From contig CAXXUA010000004.1 in the NCBI GenBank assembly GCA_963663765.2, forward strand, positions 320,001-384,000: a DNA stretch of 64,000 nt, given 5' to 3'. This document shows, in pieces, positions 63,115 to 64,000 of this stretch; the first letter of the stretch is position 1, and the number at the start of each line of letters is the position of its first letter. A program made the position numbers and the translations under genes. The notes under the pieces are model-generated. The model searched no databases. It was not told the DNA's origin and saw only the letters and a list, made by a program, of their open reading frames with translations. Source of the DNA: Candidatus Poribacteria bacterium. Lineage in GTDB: Bacteria; Poribacteria; WGA-4E; WGA-3G.

Positions 63115-63987
63115 TTGAAAAAATATCTATTTCTTCTCAGTTTCATTTTTGTTGTCATTTTAACTTGCACACTCGCTTATGCAGATGGGAATCATGACCA
63201 TTCTGGTGATAAGATAAAAAAACTGCTAACACAGCCACTTACAATGCAGTTTGCAGTAATAGCATTAGTCATTTCTTTCATCCTCGGTGGATTGCATGCC
63301 CTAACACCTGGACACGGAAAAGCCGTTGTTGCAGCATATCTTGTCGGCACGAAAGGTAGGATAATTGATGCCATTGCACTCGGGTTAATTGTAACCTTCA
63401 CACATACTTTTAGTGTCATTTCAATTGGACTTATTCTGCTATTTGCCAAAGATAAATTCGCTCAAGAAGATATTGTCCTGTGGCTTAGCCTAATTTCAGG
63501 ATTATTGATTGTTTGTATCGGCGGATGGTTGCTTGCAAAAAATATGAAACGATATTTCACAAGCAAATCCAATCCATTAGAACACAGTCATGACCATACA
63601 CATGGACATACACATTCTCATACCCATGCAAATGGACATACACATAGTCATGTCCCTTCAGAACGTGTCGGTCTTTTTGGATTACTATCCCTCGGCATAT
63701 CTGGCGGAATCGTCCCTTGTGTAGACGCACTTATCGGGCTCCTATTTGCAATAAGCATTGACAAACTTACTTGGGGTGTGGTTATTCTTTGTGCGTTCTC
63801 GCTTGGACTTGCTGCTGTACTGGTTGCAATCGGTATTCTCATGGTATTGGCAAAACCGATTATTGAACGGTTCACTGGTAAAGGAATCTGGCTACAACGG
63901 CTGCCTATCATTAGTGCTACCGTTGTTATTGTTCTGGGAGCATTATTGGTATTCAAGGCACTCAATCAAGTCGGTATACAGATATAG
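63115..63987 (+). CDS. RcnA/NiCoT-like nickel/cobalt transporter
   Basis: LHALTPGHGKA, His-rich loop, GGIVPC. Confidence 0.88.
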   Translation: MKKYLFLLSFIFVVILTCTLAYADGNHDHSGDKIKKLLTQPLTMQFAVIALVISFILGGLHALTPGHGKAVVAAYLVGTKGRIIDAIALGLIVTFTHTFSVISIGLILLFAKDKFAQEDIVLWLSLISGLLIVCIGGWLLAKNMKRYFTSKSNPLEHSHDHTHGHTHSHTHANGHTHSHVPSERVGLFGLLSLGISGGIVPCVDALIGLLFAISIDKLTWGVVILCAFSLGLAAVLVAIGILMVLAKPIIERFTGKGIWLQRLPIISATVVIVLGALLVFKALNQVGIQI

Positions 63988-64000
63988 AATTGACTTCCTA

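Overview
Bacterial chromosome window, moderately AT-rich. The WD40, NHL, ankyrin, PQQ-propeller and Uma2 gene content and a KLATxWGxLK C-terminal motif suggest a Ca. Poribacteria-like sponge symbiont (inference). Housekeeping genes include ppdK, rtcB, recA, thpR, pgsA, lolA-like, nusB, phhB and several oxidoreductases. A complete Pup-proteasome operon (arc-dop-pup-prcB-prcA-pafA) is present in actinobacterial gene order. Less familiar loci are: (i) a membrane protein, two PspA/ESCRT-III-like genes, a DPP-III-like zincin and an AAA ATPase in one co-oriented cluster; (ii) a coupled SNF2 helicase and sacsin-type GHKL/HNH-like pair beside a RelE toxin-antitoxin; (iii) four tandem Uma2 nucleases; (iv) tandem ankyrin proteins, the complete one a metallopeptidase; (v) a stand-alone TnpB element. 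Intergenic DNA is a nested set of non-autonomous elements: at least five MITE end-families with TSDs of 3, 5-6, 6-7, 10 and 16-20 bp, carrying GTAG/GTGG-type REP hairpins, amplified REP arrays and a 35-36 bp micro-element that inserts without a TSD. No rRNA, tRNA or CRISPR-Cas was seen. All family assignments are by motif recognition, without database searches.
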